This document shows, in pieces, positions 50,140 to 62,289 of a stretch of DNA of 64,000 nucleotides. A program made the position numbers and the translations under genes. The number at the start of each line of letters is the position of its first letter. Positions within the stretch are counted from its first letter, which is position 1. This stretch comes from Mobula hypostoma (Eukaryota), in assembly GCF_963921235.1 (NCBI RefSeq), contig NC_086107.1, forward strand, positions 103,976,001 to 104,040,000, in the 5' to 3' direction. Under the pieces are notes generated by a model. The model was given only the letters and a program-made list of their open reading frames with translations. It did no database searches and was not told the DNA's origin.

Positions 50140-50693
50140 TGTAACTCTCAGGTTCGGCTAGCCGCTTAATCTAGGGGGAGACGGCCCCCGGCCCGGCCAA
50201 ACTGAGAAATCTTGTCTGGGTAGATGCTGCGGGCTGTGTTCCCCTGTTACAAATCAGTACCACGAAATAACAAACAGCACACAATATGCAATTAAAACGA
50301 TTGAGCTTTATAATTCTCAATTTGATGATAGGGTTAGTAAAGAAAAGAAAATGGGCCCATTTTAATGAAACAGTCTGATACGCACTTTGAAACTCACTGT
50401 TTTCGCTTCCGTTCGTTCCCCGTCGATCTCCCCCTGCCGTCGTTGACACCTGACCCCATTCCAAGTCCGCTCAGTCCTGCAGTCTACGACTTCCCCGTTC
50501 TGACATCTCCTCTCTCCATCTTCTCCCGAACCAAAAGCCCACGAATCCATGCTCTCAGGCACACAAGAAGAAACAACATGCCTCTCACTGGATGGCACAC
50601 ATTCCAAAGCCCCTGTTATCTCCAGTCATAACCCAAACACTGCTGCTACAGATAAACCATTACATTAGCAGTGAAGCCTTACAGAGTGTTACA
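50140..50693. mobile_element. Solo LTR
   Basis: TGTAAC...GTTACA inverted termini; 4-bp flanks CAGA/CTGA; relatively CpG-rich. Confidence 0.7.
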
Positions 50694-53084
50694 CTGAGAA
50701 ACTCAAAGAATCCATGTGGGCGGGGGGAAAGGCCAACAAGCACCCAACGTGCAGAGGGAGGAAAAAAAACAAATTGTGCCAACATTAAAAGTAAGCAAAT
50801 AGCATTGAGAAGGAAAGTGAGTCCACAGAAACGAAGCCTGAAGCAGGCCTCAGCCTTAGTTCAGCACAGAGCAGGGAGCAGAACCAACCCCACCCTCACC
50901 TGTGGTCTGAACACCCTGCCTTTTTCAATCCAGCTGCACCAAGGTTTAAATCGTCCAAGCATTAGGTCCTTCCTTGCTCTAGGACCTAATCCCTGTCGTA
51001 TCAATACGCCTTGGGTCTGGACCCCGCTGCCACGTTTCAGCCCTTACCCGACCTTTCCAAATCGTCCTGGCGCTTGGATTGATCAAACCTTGCTCTTGGT
51101 TTAGGTGGATGGGCCACGAATCTGCCTCTCCTCTGCTCTTCTCACCCCGACTTTGCCTCGAATATTCCTTGTCCTCGCATTGCACCCATTCACTTTGACC
51201 CTTCACCTCAGCCTCGTTTTCACTCGCCCCTCCATTGTTTGTGGTGATTGTTTGCCACAAATTTTACCGGTAACAGTGTTATTAATAAAGTATTTCGTTG
51301 TATTCTGTGTTTTGTTTGCTGCCAACAAGTAGTCACTGGGTTTCACCAGCGCCATCTTAAACCGGTATTGAAAAATACAGGGGGCACAAAACAACAAGTT
51401 TCACATCATGTGTCAGCAAGAATAAATCTGATTCAGGTAGGATTTTCACCGTGAACAGCAGGACCCTGGGGAGTGTCATACTACAGAGGGAGTACAATTA
51501 CATGGAACCATAAGACCACAAGATATAGGAGCAGAATTAGACCATTTGGCCCTTTGAGTCTGCTCTACCATTTCACCATGGCTGATCCAATTTTCCTCTC
51601 AGCCCCAATCTCCTGCCCTCTCCCCGTATCCCTTCATGCCCTAACCAATCAAGAATCTATCAACCTCTGCCTTAAATATACACAAAGACTTGGCCTCCAC
51701 AGCCGCCTGTGATACTAAACTCCACAGAATCACCACTCTCAGGCGAAAGAAGTTCCTTCTTGTCTCCTTTTTAAAAGGACGCCCCTCTATTCTGAGGCTT
51801 TTTCCTCTGGTCTTAGACTCTCCCACCAGAGGAAACGTCCTCTCCGCATCCACTCTACGAAGGCCTTAGACCATTTCATGAGGTCACCCCTCATTCTTCT
51901 GAATTCTAGTGAATACAGGCCCAGAGTCATCAAACACTCTTCATATGACAAGCCATTCAATCCTGGAATCATTTTCATGAACCTCCTTTGAACCCTCTCC
52001 AGTCTTGGCACATCCTTTCTAAGATAAAGGGCCCAGACCTGTTCATATTACTCCAAGGTACCCTGAAAGTGTTGTACAGTGGTGACAAAGGCTTTCATCT
52101 AAGTCAGGGCACTGAGTACAAAAGTTGGGAGGTCTTGGTGTGGTTGTACAGGATGATGGTGAGGCTGCACGGAGTATTGCGTTCTGTTCTGGTTGCCCTG
52201 CTTTGGGAAAGATATTATTAAACTAGAAAGAGCGTAGAAAAGACTTACAACATGTTGCTAGGACTTGAGGGTTCAGGTTACAATGAGAGTTTGGACAGGC
52301 CAGGACTCCTATTCCATGGAGGGGAGGAGATTGAGTGGCGATCTAATAGAGGTGTATAAAACCATGAGGGTCATAGATAGGGTGAGTGTGCACAGTCTTT
52401 TCCCCAGAGTTGGGGAGTAAAGAACTAGAGGGTATAAGTTTAAGGTGCAAGAGGGAAATATTTAACAGGAACTTGAGGGGCAGTTTGGTTGACAGATTAA
52501 TGAGAGGAGAGATGGGATAAGGGAGAGAGAGATGGAGAAGGAGAGAGAATGAGGGAGGGACAGTAAGCAGAGAGTGACTCAAGGGACTGGTAAAGACTGT
52601 GGAATGTGGTAAGAGCAGGTTCAGGGAATTAATGTGAAAGGAGATTTCCGGGAATGCCCAGAGGATCAGGCAGTGTCCGTAGAGGGAAGAAACTTCAGTT
52701 GATATTACGAAAGCGGAAGAAACCTTACAGCAGAACTGCCCAGCGCTGAAAAAAAAACAGAAAATGTGCATTACGTGAAAAATTGTAGAATTCAGTATTG
52801 AGGCCAGAGACTGCAAAGCGCCCGGAGGCTCGTGGTGGGCCTCGTTGGAACAGTTCAGGGGGTTACTGACAGAGAGGGTCAGCTCTCCCCACCATGAGAA
52901 TATTTCAGCAAGGCAGTGACCATCATCAGGGACCCCCACCGTCTGGGCCACGCCCTCTTCTCGAGATCACGCCATCTTCCCTCTTCTGGAAGATTCACAC
53001 ATTGAGGTTCAGCAACAGCTTCTTCCCCACTGCCATCAGGTTCTTGAACCCTAACTCCATCTCAGTCTATAGTCAGAGGGTGGT

Positions 53085-53148
53085 CATCATCATCATCATC
53101 ATCATCACCATCAACATCATCATCATCATCATCATCACCATCATCATC
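53085..53148. repeat. (CAT)n microsatellite, probably a retroposon tail
   Basis: Imperfect CAT/CAC/CAA run. Confidence 0.9.
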
Positions 53149-54139
53149 AGGTGCCGTGCCCAGTTTGAGCTTTGACTGCCATGGCCCACACACTCCTGTT
53201 TCAGGTCAAGTGGATCAATTCCTTGGTATTCATTTCCAGTTCTCTGGCTGCTGTCTCCATCATCATTTGTCTTTGTCTTCCTCTTGCTTTCTTCAGAGTG
53301 CGGTATCAATGTGGAATGAGCTGCCAAAGGAAGTGGCTCAAGATTCAAGATTTGACGGTACACACGTGTAAGAAAGAAAAAGAAGAAACTTCACACATCT
53401 CAATACCGAACTGATTCCAGAACCTACAGAGAATTCTACAACTCATGTTCTCAGTGTTATTTCTTTATTTTGTATGTTTACACTCTGTCTTCTTTTGCAC
53501 ATCGGTTGCTTGTCAGCCTTGTCTGTGTTCAGTTTTTCACTGATTCTAATGTATTTCTTTGCACTACTGTGAATGCCTGCAAGAAAATGAATTTCAAGGT
53601 AGATATATATGTACTTTGATAGTAAATGTACTTTGAACTTTGATTGGTTGAGTGCAGAGACTGGTGGCTAGAAGGTGAGGACCGGGGGAATTCTTTTATT
53701 TCTCTGTCCTGGAGGAGTGGATGGGGTGGGGGGATGGGGAGAGCAGAGACGTGGGATGTAGATGAAATGAGAACATCTTTGTCAAGCATGTTGGATGGGA
53801 AGCCACCGACCAAGAATGAGGCAAATGTCAAAAACCTCATCATCCAAACAAGATTGAGGAACTGGGAGACTGGAATGGAGTAAGAGGCAGGATGGGAGGA
53901 AGTAGCATCACCATAGTTACAGGAGTCTGTGGGCTTGTAATGTTCGTTTGTGGCTAAGTGGCCTAGGAGGGAGACACATACAGAGAGGGAAGTGTTGGTG
54001 GGGGTGGGGTGGGGAGGGGAGCTACAGGACCACGTGAACGTGAGGTCATGGTGGAAACTGGTGGCTATAGTTCCCGCTGAGTGCAGGAGGCAGCAACAGT
54101 ACAAGGGAGAAAGAGGGAAGGAGCACGAGTAAGAATGGA

Positions 54140-54950
54140 TCCCAGTGTCCCAGCAGAAACTCCCACTCAGTCCCAGCACATCTATGACCTGTTCCAAACA
54201 GAACTGCCACACACTCCTGGCAGAAACTCCCACTCACCCCCAACACATCTGTTATTTGTTCCAGACAGAACAGTTACTCACTCCCAGCTGAACATCCATT
54301 TGCTCCCAGCAGAAACCCCCACTCAGTCCCAGCACATCTACTGTCTGCAACAGAACTGCTACCCATTCCCAGCAGAAACCCCCCATGTACCCAACATACT
54401 GCATCTGCTACCCCTTCTCAAAAGCCTAACTCCCACCCCCACCCCACAGAAACTCCCCACTCAGTCCCAACACACCTGCTACCCTTTCCCAACAGACCTG
54501 CCACCTACTCCCAGCAGAACTCCCATTCACTTCCAGCAGAAGCCTTCTAGTCTCAGCATATCTGCCAACTGTTGCCAACAGACCTGCAGCCCATTCCCAG
54601 CTGAACTCCCATTCACTCCCAGCAGAAACCCTCTAGCCTCAGCATATCTGCCAACTGTTCCCAACAGACCTGCCACCTACTCCCAGCTGAAACCCTCTAG
54701 TCTCAGCATATCTGCCAACTGTTCCCAACAGACCTGCAACCCATTCCCAGCTGAACTCCCACTCACTCCCAGCAGAAACCTCACTCATCCAGGCAGAGCT
54801 ATTTCCACTACACCGCCACACCCAGCAGAACTCCCACTCACTCCCAGCAGAACTCCCACTCATCCAGGCAGAGCTATTTCCACTACAACATCAGTACCTA
54901 CTTTAACCACTCCCAGTAGAGCTCCCACTCACTCCCAGCAGGATCCAATT
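54140..54950. repeat. Degenerate C-rich tandem repeat array upstream of CDA
   Basis: Recurrent CCCAGCAGAA(A)CTCCCACTCA; CTCAGCATATCTGCCAACTGTT three times; 31-bp CACTCATCCAGGCAGAGCTATTTCCACTACA twice. Confidence 0.85.
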
Positions 54951-55049
54951 CATCCCCACACACCCCGCATTCTAAATAGGAAGTCTGTTTTTCTTGCAGA
55001 CAGGGACCGTGACAGTCTTGGTTAAAGTGTAAGTTCTCCGATAAGGCTA

Positions 55050-55600
55050 ATTGCCTCATCCCGTGCTGCTGCTGACACGTGTTTGGCCAGCTCCAGCGAA
55101 CAGTGCTCACAGACACACACACGCGCGTACAGTCCGTCTCTGACACGGGAGCCTTCTCGGCGTTGTCTAAAGCCGGCCGCTGTTGTGTGTGACAGGACAG
55201 GATGTGCACTCCCGCGGAGCAAACAGCCACCCAGAAAGCGCAGGAGGCCGACAAGCTGATCGAGAAAAGCCACGAGGCCAAGGCCTGTTCTTACTCTCCG
55301 TACAGCAGGTTCCCGGTGGGCGCCGCTCTCCTGACCGAGGATGGGAAGATCTTCACAGGTGAGGCGTCTGGCCGCGCACCGCTAACCCACGCCAGGCGGC
55401 TGGGCTGAGGGAGGTGAATGTAACGCAGGTAACTCCCGTGAGGACGCAGGAGCAGGTGGTCTGTATTCAGTGCGGTTCCGTTAGACTTCTGTGGAAGACA
55501 CGGAGGCGCAGCCGGGGACCCCGGGTTCGATCCTGACCTCCGGCGTTGTTAGTCATTTGCGCGTTCTCGCGGTTCCTCGGGACGCTCCGGCGGTACCACA
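55050..55600 (+). promoter_or_regulatory. CpG island over the first CDA coding exon
   Basis: High CpG density (cgcgcg, gccggccg and similar) relative to flanks. Confidence 0.7.
55202..55358 (+). CDS. CDA: Cytidine deaminase, first coding exon (MCTPAEQ...SYSPYSRFPVGAALLTEDGKIFTG)
   Basis: PYSxFPVGAALLT motif of homotetrameric CDA; donor AG|GTGAGG at 55359, phase 1; lies in a CpG island. Confidence 0.93.
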
Positions 55601-56444
55601 TGAAGTGCACGGGGGTAAAGTAACTGCTCTAAGTTGCCCCGAGTGTGTGGGTGAGAGGTGGAATCTGGAATCGGGGGGAAGGGGGGAATAAAGGGAATTA
55701 TTGATTGTTTCAGGAACAGTTGCCATACCAATATCGGGCTCCTAAATCGGCGTGGATAATCTCACCCACGGCAACTCCGAACTGATTCTACAACCCTTGA
55801 CTCTCTCCAACTCACGTTGTCGGTATTTTAATTTTAATTTGCACACTTTGCCTTCTTTTGCACATTGGTTGTCAGTCTTTGCTTTTGTTTTTGTGAAGTC
55901 TGTTGTATCTATTTTTCTGTAAATGCCCGGAAGAAGATAAATCTCATGGTGAGATATGGTAACATATACGTGCTTTAGATAATTGTTACTTTTCCTTTTT
56001 ACTTTTACTTTGAGTGTGAGTGTGTTGTTGATGGTTGACACGGCAGAAGGGCCTTTTCCTGCTTTATTCCTCTCTCTCACTAGTCTTGACTCCTTCCTTA
56101 CCTGTGCTAGAGGGAGGACAACAGCCGTGAGCCGGGTGGGGCTGAGTCTTAGGGCAAGGTGTGTCCATCAGGAGTCTGGCGTGCGGAAGAAAATTTTGTT
56201 GCGGAGAATAAACTTTCTCAGGGCACACAGACTGTCGCCTGGCCTATCCAGAGCCAGGAGTCAGTCGCAGGATAAGGATCTAGGATAGGATCGAGATGAT
56301 GAGGAAAGCTTCTCCTTTGAAACCCTCCTCCCCAGAGGACTCTGGGCGCCCAGTCATTGGATTTATTCCAGGGGGAGATTAGTAGAGTTTTGGCCACGGA
56401 GGGGCTGGGAATTGTAGTTCTGAGGATCAGCTCTATTCTTGTAT

Positions 56445-56870
56445 TGAATAGTTTCTTCCCCCCAGCCATCAGACTCCTCGATACTCAAGAGTCTAGACTG
56501 ACATCTACATCATTTATTATTACATTGTAATTTGTCCTCTACTGTGCCTATTGTCTTGTTTATTAATTATTGTACTGCCCTGCACTGTTTTGTGCACTTT
56601 ATGTAGTCCTGTGCAGGTCTGTAGTCTGGTGTAGCTTTTGTGTTTGTTTTACGTAATCTAGTGTAACCTTGTGCTGTCTGACATAGTCTAGTGTAGTTTT
56701 GTGTTTGTTTTACGTAATCTAGTGTAGCCTTGTGCTGTCTGACATAGTCTAGTGTAGTTTTGTGTTGCTTCATGTAGCAGCAGGGTCCTGGAGGAACGTT
56801 GTTTCGTTTTCACTGTGTACTGTACCAGCAGCTTACAGTCGAAATGACAATAAACTTGACTTGACTTGAA
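56445..56870 (+). mobile_element. Rex-like LINE 3' end with internal ~61-bp tandem repeat and (CTTGA)n tail
   Basis: SFFPPAIRLL end motif; GTCTAGTGTAG repeats at 56620-56770. Confidence 0.6.
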
Positions 56871-57545
56871 TTGTGGAACAGATCGGATGAGCTGTCAATT
56901 CTACACCCATTTCCTCATCGCTGAATTTTAACCACGGCATTCCTGTACCTCTTACCCCAAAACATTCTCCCTTCCCTCTCTAGACCTGCTCCCTAGCTTC
57001 CTCCTCTGTTTAGCAAGCTCTCTTTTGGATGTGGCCCATTTTTTTGATTCCTTCCCCACCCCTCCCACCACCACCACCAGCCCTGGACGGGGAAGGGGGA
57101 GGCCTTGGGTTCAACCACCCCCCACCTCTGCCTCGCTCCCAGCCGGAGGCGATGGAGTCGGGGGGGGGGCGGAGATGAAGGTGACGATGGGCTAGGAATC
57201 CATTACCTGCTTCGGCCTCTACTGACCGAGAGTGACCACAGATGAGTCAGGATTTGGTCTTTGCTGACCCACGGGCACCCAGTCTGACCAATCTGCTGGA
57301 TAACAGGGCCCCGCACACCCCAACACCAGCTGGCCTGCTGGGGGGGGGTGATTCCTCAGGAGGGAGTGGGCTCTGTGGGTGAGGGAGGCAGGAGAATCTG
57401 AGGTCAATCGCCGTGGGTGAAGGAGGAGGACGACTCCTGGGACACAGGGGGGTTAAATCCAAGATCAGCCCCTGTGGGTGGGGAGAGTGGAGATATCTGG
57501 GACAATGTCCCTGTGTGTGGGGTGGGTGGAGATTCCTGTGGGTAA

Positions 57546-57767
<222 letters not shown>

Positions 57768-58419
57768 TGACCCCCCTCGAGGCATTCGCACCTTCCCACC
57801 GGACCCCAGTATGACGTGCTGCAGACGCTCTGGAATCAGGAGGGTTGGGCTGAACGAGGTCAGAATGACCCCGGGGAGAGGCGTCAGAGTGGACAGACCC
57901 CACCCCCGTCTCACACAGAGGCTTCAAAGGGGCTGCGTTCATCCTGGGAACAGAAGAAATAGACCATGAGTAGGCTACTTGGCCCCTCTAGCCTGACCCC
58001 CTTTCTATAAAATCTTGGCTGATCTACCTCAGACCTCATCTCCTCCCTTGTTCCAGTTCCCTACAGCCCATGGTTCTCCAGTCACTCAAAAATATAAATC
58101 CCTTCATCTTAAGGACGGCGTAGCTTTCGTGACCAGAGAATTTCCAAGGCTCGCTTCCCCCTGAGAAAAGTAATGTCTATACGTCTTCTTTAAATGAGCT
58201 ATCTTTATCTTGTAAATATATCCCCTTGTTAGAGATATTCCGACTACTGGAGACATCTCAAGATCTACCCTGTCCTTGTGGATCTAAACCGTCCAGCCTT
58301 TCTTGGAGGACAACCGTATCATCTCAGAAGTAGTTTAGGGAACCTCCTTTTGTACTTTGAGCCAACCCCCCCCCGCCCCCCCACTATTTAAGGAAAGATG
58401 TGCTGTCTCCAGACGAGGC

Positions 58420-61400
58420 TCGTAATCTCAGGCTTGCTACCAGTGCCACGTGCAGGCAGGTTTAGAAATAGTAAGATAGTGCAGATCAACACGTAGCTGA
58501 AGACATGGTGCAGGAGGGAGGGCTTCAGATTTATAGATAATTGGGCAGTTTTCCAGGGAAAGTGGGACCTGTTCTGGCAGGGCAGTTTACATCTGAACTG
58601 GCGGGGGGAAAAATATTCTTGCAGGTAGGTTTGCTAGTGAGGCTGCAGTGGATTTAAACTAGATACAAGGGGGGAGGGGAACCAGAGTTTAGGAACAGAT
58701 GTAGGGGAGAAGGAAGAAAAAGGAGATTGTAAAGTTGTTCGCACCGTTAGTGATAAACAGAGCAAGAAGTGGAAAATTTCTTAAATGCACTTATTTTAAT
58801 GCTAGGAGCATTATAAGAAAGGTGGATGAGCTTAGAGCATGGATTGACACCTGGAAGTATGATGTTGTAGCTATTAGTGAAACATGGTTGCAGGAGGGGT
58901 GTAATTGGCAACTAAATATTCCTGGATTTCATTGCTTCTGGTGTGATAGAATCGGAGGGACAAGAGGGGTAGGTGTTGCATTGCTTGTCAGAGAAAATAT
59001 TACAGCGGTGCTTTGGCAGAATAGATTAGAGGGCTCGTCTAAGGAGGCTATTTGGGTGGAATTGAGGAATGGGAAAAGTGTAGTAACACTTATAGGGGTG
59101 TATTATAGACCACCAAATGGGGAGCGAGAATTAGAGGAGCAAATTTGTTAGGAGATAGCAGATATTTGTAGTAAGCACAAGGTTGTGATTGTGGGAGATT
59201 TTAATTTTCCACACATAGACTGGGAAGCCCATACTATAAAAGGGCTAGATGGTTTGGAGTTTGTAAAGTGTGTGCAGGATAGTTTTTTGCAGCAATACAT
59301 AGAGGTACCAACTAGAGAAGGGGCAGTGTTGGATCTCCTGTTAGGGAATGAGATAGGTCAGGTGATGGAGGTTTGTGTTGGGGAGCACTTCCGGTCCAGT
59401 GATCACAATGCCATTTAGTTTCAATATAATTATGGAGAAGGATAGGTCTGGACCCAGGGTTGAGATTTTTGATTGGAGAAAGGCTAACTTTAAGGAGATG
59501 CGAAAGGATTTAGAAGGAGTGGATTGGGACAATTTGTTTTAAAGGAAGGATGTAACAGAGAAATGGAGGTCATTTAAAGGTGAAATTTTGAGGATACAGA
59601 ATCTTTATGTTCCTGTTAGGTTGAAAGGAAAAGTTAAAAGTTTGAGAGAGCCATGGTTTTCAAGGGATATTGGAAACTTGGTTCGGAAAAAGAGAGATAT
59701 CTACAGTATATATAGGCAGCATGGAGCAAATGAGGTGCTCCAGGAATATAAAGAATGTAAAAAGAATCTTTAGAAAGAAAGAAATTAGAAAAGCTAAAAG
59801 AAGATACAAGGTTGCTTTGACAAGTAAGGTGAAAATAAATCCAAAGGGTTTCTACAGTTATATTAATAGCCAAAGGATAGTGAGGGATAAAATTGGTCCC
59901 TTAGAGAATCAGAGTGGACAGCTATGTGTGGAGCCAAAAGAGATGGGGGGAGATTTTGAACAATTTCTTTTCTTCGGTATTCACTAAAGGAGAAGGATAT
60001 TGAATTGTGTAAGGTAAAGGAAACAGGTAGGGAAGTTATAGAAACTATGATGATTAAAGAAGAGCAAGTACTGGCGCTTTTAAGGAATATAAAAGTGGCT
60101 AAGTTTCCGGGTCCTGACAGGATATTTCCTGGGACCTTGAGGGAAGTTAGTGTGGAAATAGCAGGGGCTCTGACAGAAATATTTCAAATGTCATTAGAAA
60201 CAGGAATGGTGCCGGAGGATTGGCGTATTGCTCATGTTGTTCCATTGTTTAAAAAGGGTTCTAAACCTGTGTGGGCACGTGGCCAAGTAGTTAAGGCATT
60301 GGACTAGCTACCTGAAGGTCGTGAGTTTGAGCCCCAGCCGAGGGAACGTGTTGTGTCCTTGAGCAAGGCACTTAATCACACATTGCTCTGTGACGACACT
60401 GGTGCCAAGTTGTATGTGAGTTTGATGTCAGTGGTGGGTAAATTGATGGAAAGTATTCTTAGAGATGGTGTATATAATTATCTGGATAGACAGGGTCTGA
60501 TTAGGAACAGTCAACATGGATTTGTATGTGGAAAGTCATGTTTGACAAATCTTATTGAATTGTTTGAAGAGGTTACTAGGAAAATTGATGAGGGTAAAGC
60601 AGTGGATATTGTCTATATGGACTTCAGTAAGGCCTTTGACAAGGTTCCACACAGAAGGTTAGTTAGGAAGTTTCAATCATTAGGTATTAATATTGAAGTA
60701 GTAAAATGGATTCAGCAGTGGCTGGATGGGAGACACCAGAGTGTAGTGGTGGATAACTGTTTATCAGATTGGAGGCCGGTGACTAGTGGTGTGCCTCAGG
60801 GATCTGTACTGGTCCAATGTTGTTTGTCATATATATTAATGATCTGGATAATGGGGTGGTAAATTGGATGAGTAAGTACGCAGATGATACTAAGATAGGT
60901 GGAGTTGTGGATAATGAAGTAGGTTTTCAAAGCTTGCAGAGAGATTTAGGCCAGTTAGAAGAGTGGGCTGAAAAATGGTAGATGGGGTTTAATGCTGATA
61001 AATATGAGGTGCTACATTTTGGTAGGACTAATCAAAATAGGACATACATGGTAAATGGTAGGGCATTGAAGAATGCAGTAGAACAGAGGGATCTAGGAAT
61101 AATGGTGCATAGTTCCCTGAAGGTGGAATCTCATGTGGATAGGGTGGTGAAGAAAGCTTTTGGTATGCTGGCCTTTATTAATCAGAGCATTGAGTGTAGG
61201 AGTTGGGATGTAATGTTGAAATTGTACAAGGCGTTGGTGAGGCCAAATTTGGAGTATTATGTACAGTTCTAGTCACCGAATTATAGGAAAGATGTCAACA
61301 AAATAGAGAGAGTACAGAGAAGATTTACTAGAATGTTACCTGGGTTACATCACCTAAGTTACAGAGAAAGGTTGAACAAGTTGGGTCTTTATTCTTTGGA

Positions 61401-61790
61401 GCGTAGAAGGTTGAGGGCGAACTTGATAGAGGTATTTAAAATTATGAGGGGATAGATAGAGTTGATGTGGATAGGCTTTTTCCATTGAGAGCAGGGGAGA
61501 TTCAAACAAGAGGACATCAGTTGAGAGTTAAAGGGCAAAAGTTTAGGGGTAACATGAGGGGGAACTTCTTTACTCAGAGAGTGGTAGCTGTGTGGAACGA
61601 GCTTCCAGCAGAAGTGGTTGAGGCAGGTTCGATGTTGTCGTTTAAAGTTAAATTGGACAGATATATGGACAGGAAAGGAATGGAGGGTTATGGGCTGAGT
61701 GCAGGTCGGTGGGACTAGGTGAGAGTAAGAGTTCGGCATGGACTAGAAGGGCCGAGATGGCCTGTTTCTGTGCTGTAATTGTTATATGGT
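58420..61790 (+). mobile_element. CR1 LINE, long copy in CDA intron 2
   Basis: ORF1 esterase remnant; NARSI, GDFNFP, QHGF, DFSKAFDKV and YADD motifs; several stops and frameshifts. Confidence 0.93.
60269..60415 (+). mobile_element. tRNA-derived SINE head nested in CR1
   Basis: A-box TGGCCAAGTAG; B-box-like GTTTGAGCC; core GTGTCCTTGAGCAAGGCACTTAA; interrupts the CR1 KKGSK..NYRPVSL motif. Confidence 0.7.
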
Positions 61791-62289
61791 TATAATCACA
61801 GGAATGAATGTTAATTTAAGAGGAGCGTTCACTGTCTCTGGACCATTACTCAATGGAGTTCCGAAGAATACTGAAAGGGCTGGATAGAGTGGATGCGGAA
61901 AGGATGTTTCCGTCAGTAGACCTGAGGGTACAGTCTCAGAATGAAGGGAAGTCCCTTTCGAACTGAGATGAGGAGGAGTTTCTGAATACAGGGGTGGCCA
62001 TTCTGTGGAATTCGCTGCCACTGAAGATAGTGGAACCCAAGTCAGTGAGGCAGAGGTGGACAGAGTCTTGCTTGGTGGAGGGGTGAAGGTGGGAGAATGG
62101 AGTTGAAAATGAAATCAATCGACTAAATGGCCAGTTTGATGGGCCAGTCGGCCTAAATCCGCTCCTGGCTTACTATCTGATGGAATCCGTCCTGTGCTGT
62201 GATATCTTTTCTGAGTTAAGGGGCTAGAACTGTACCTGGTGCTCTAGATGTGATCTCACCAACACCACACAATTGTAGCAAGGCTTCAT

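Noticed and set aside
52894..53363. Poly-Ile, poly-Met or poly-His ORFs
   Set aside because: These are translations of the (CAT)n microsatellite.
54140..54950. Immunoglobulin switch-like repeats beside a deaminase, suggesting an AID-type system
   Set aside because: The gene is a free-nucleoside CDA (CAE motif, tetrameric type), not AID/APOBEC, and no Ig segments are present.
54081..55025. 314-aa Pro/Thr/Gln-rich ORF as a host gene
   Set aside because: It coincides with a C-rich tandem array that is naturally stop-poor; no recognisable domain.
55500..55700. tRNA gene (GGTTCGATCC B-box near 55524)
   Set aside because: No cloverleaf; the context matches a decayed tRNA-derived SINE.
56620..56770. 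CRISPR-like repeat-spacer pattern
   Set aside because: The units between repeats are themselves repeated, it lies in a LINE 3' UTR, and the DNA is eukaryotic with no cas genes.
58430..58470. TGCAGGCAGGTT (CRQV), resembling the CDA PCGACRQV exon
   Set aside because: No PCG before it and no acceptor; it is part of the CR1 ORF1 esterase remnant (VISGLLPVPRA).
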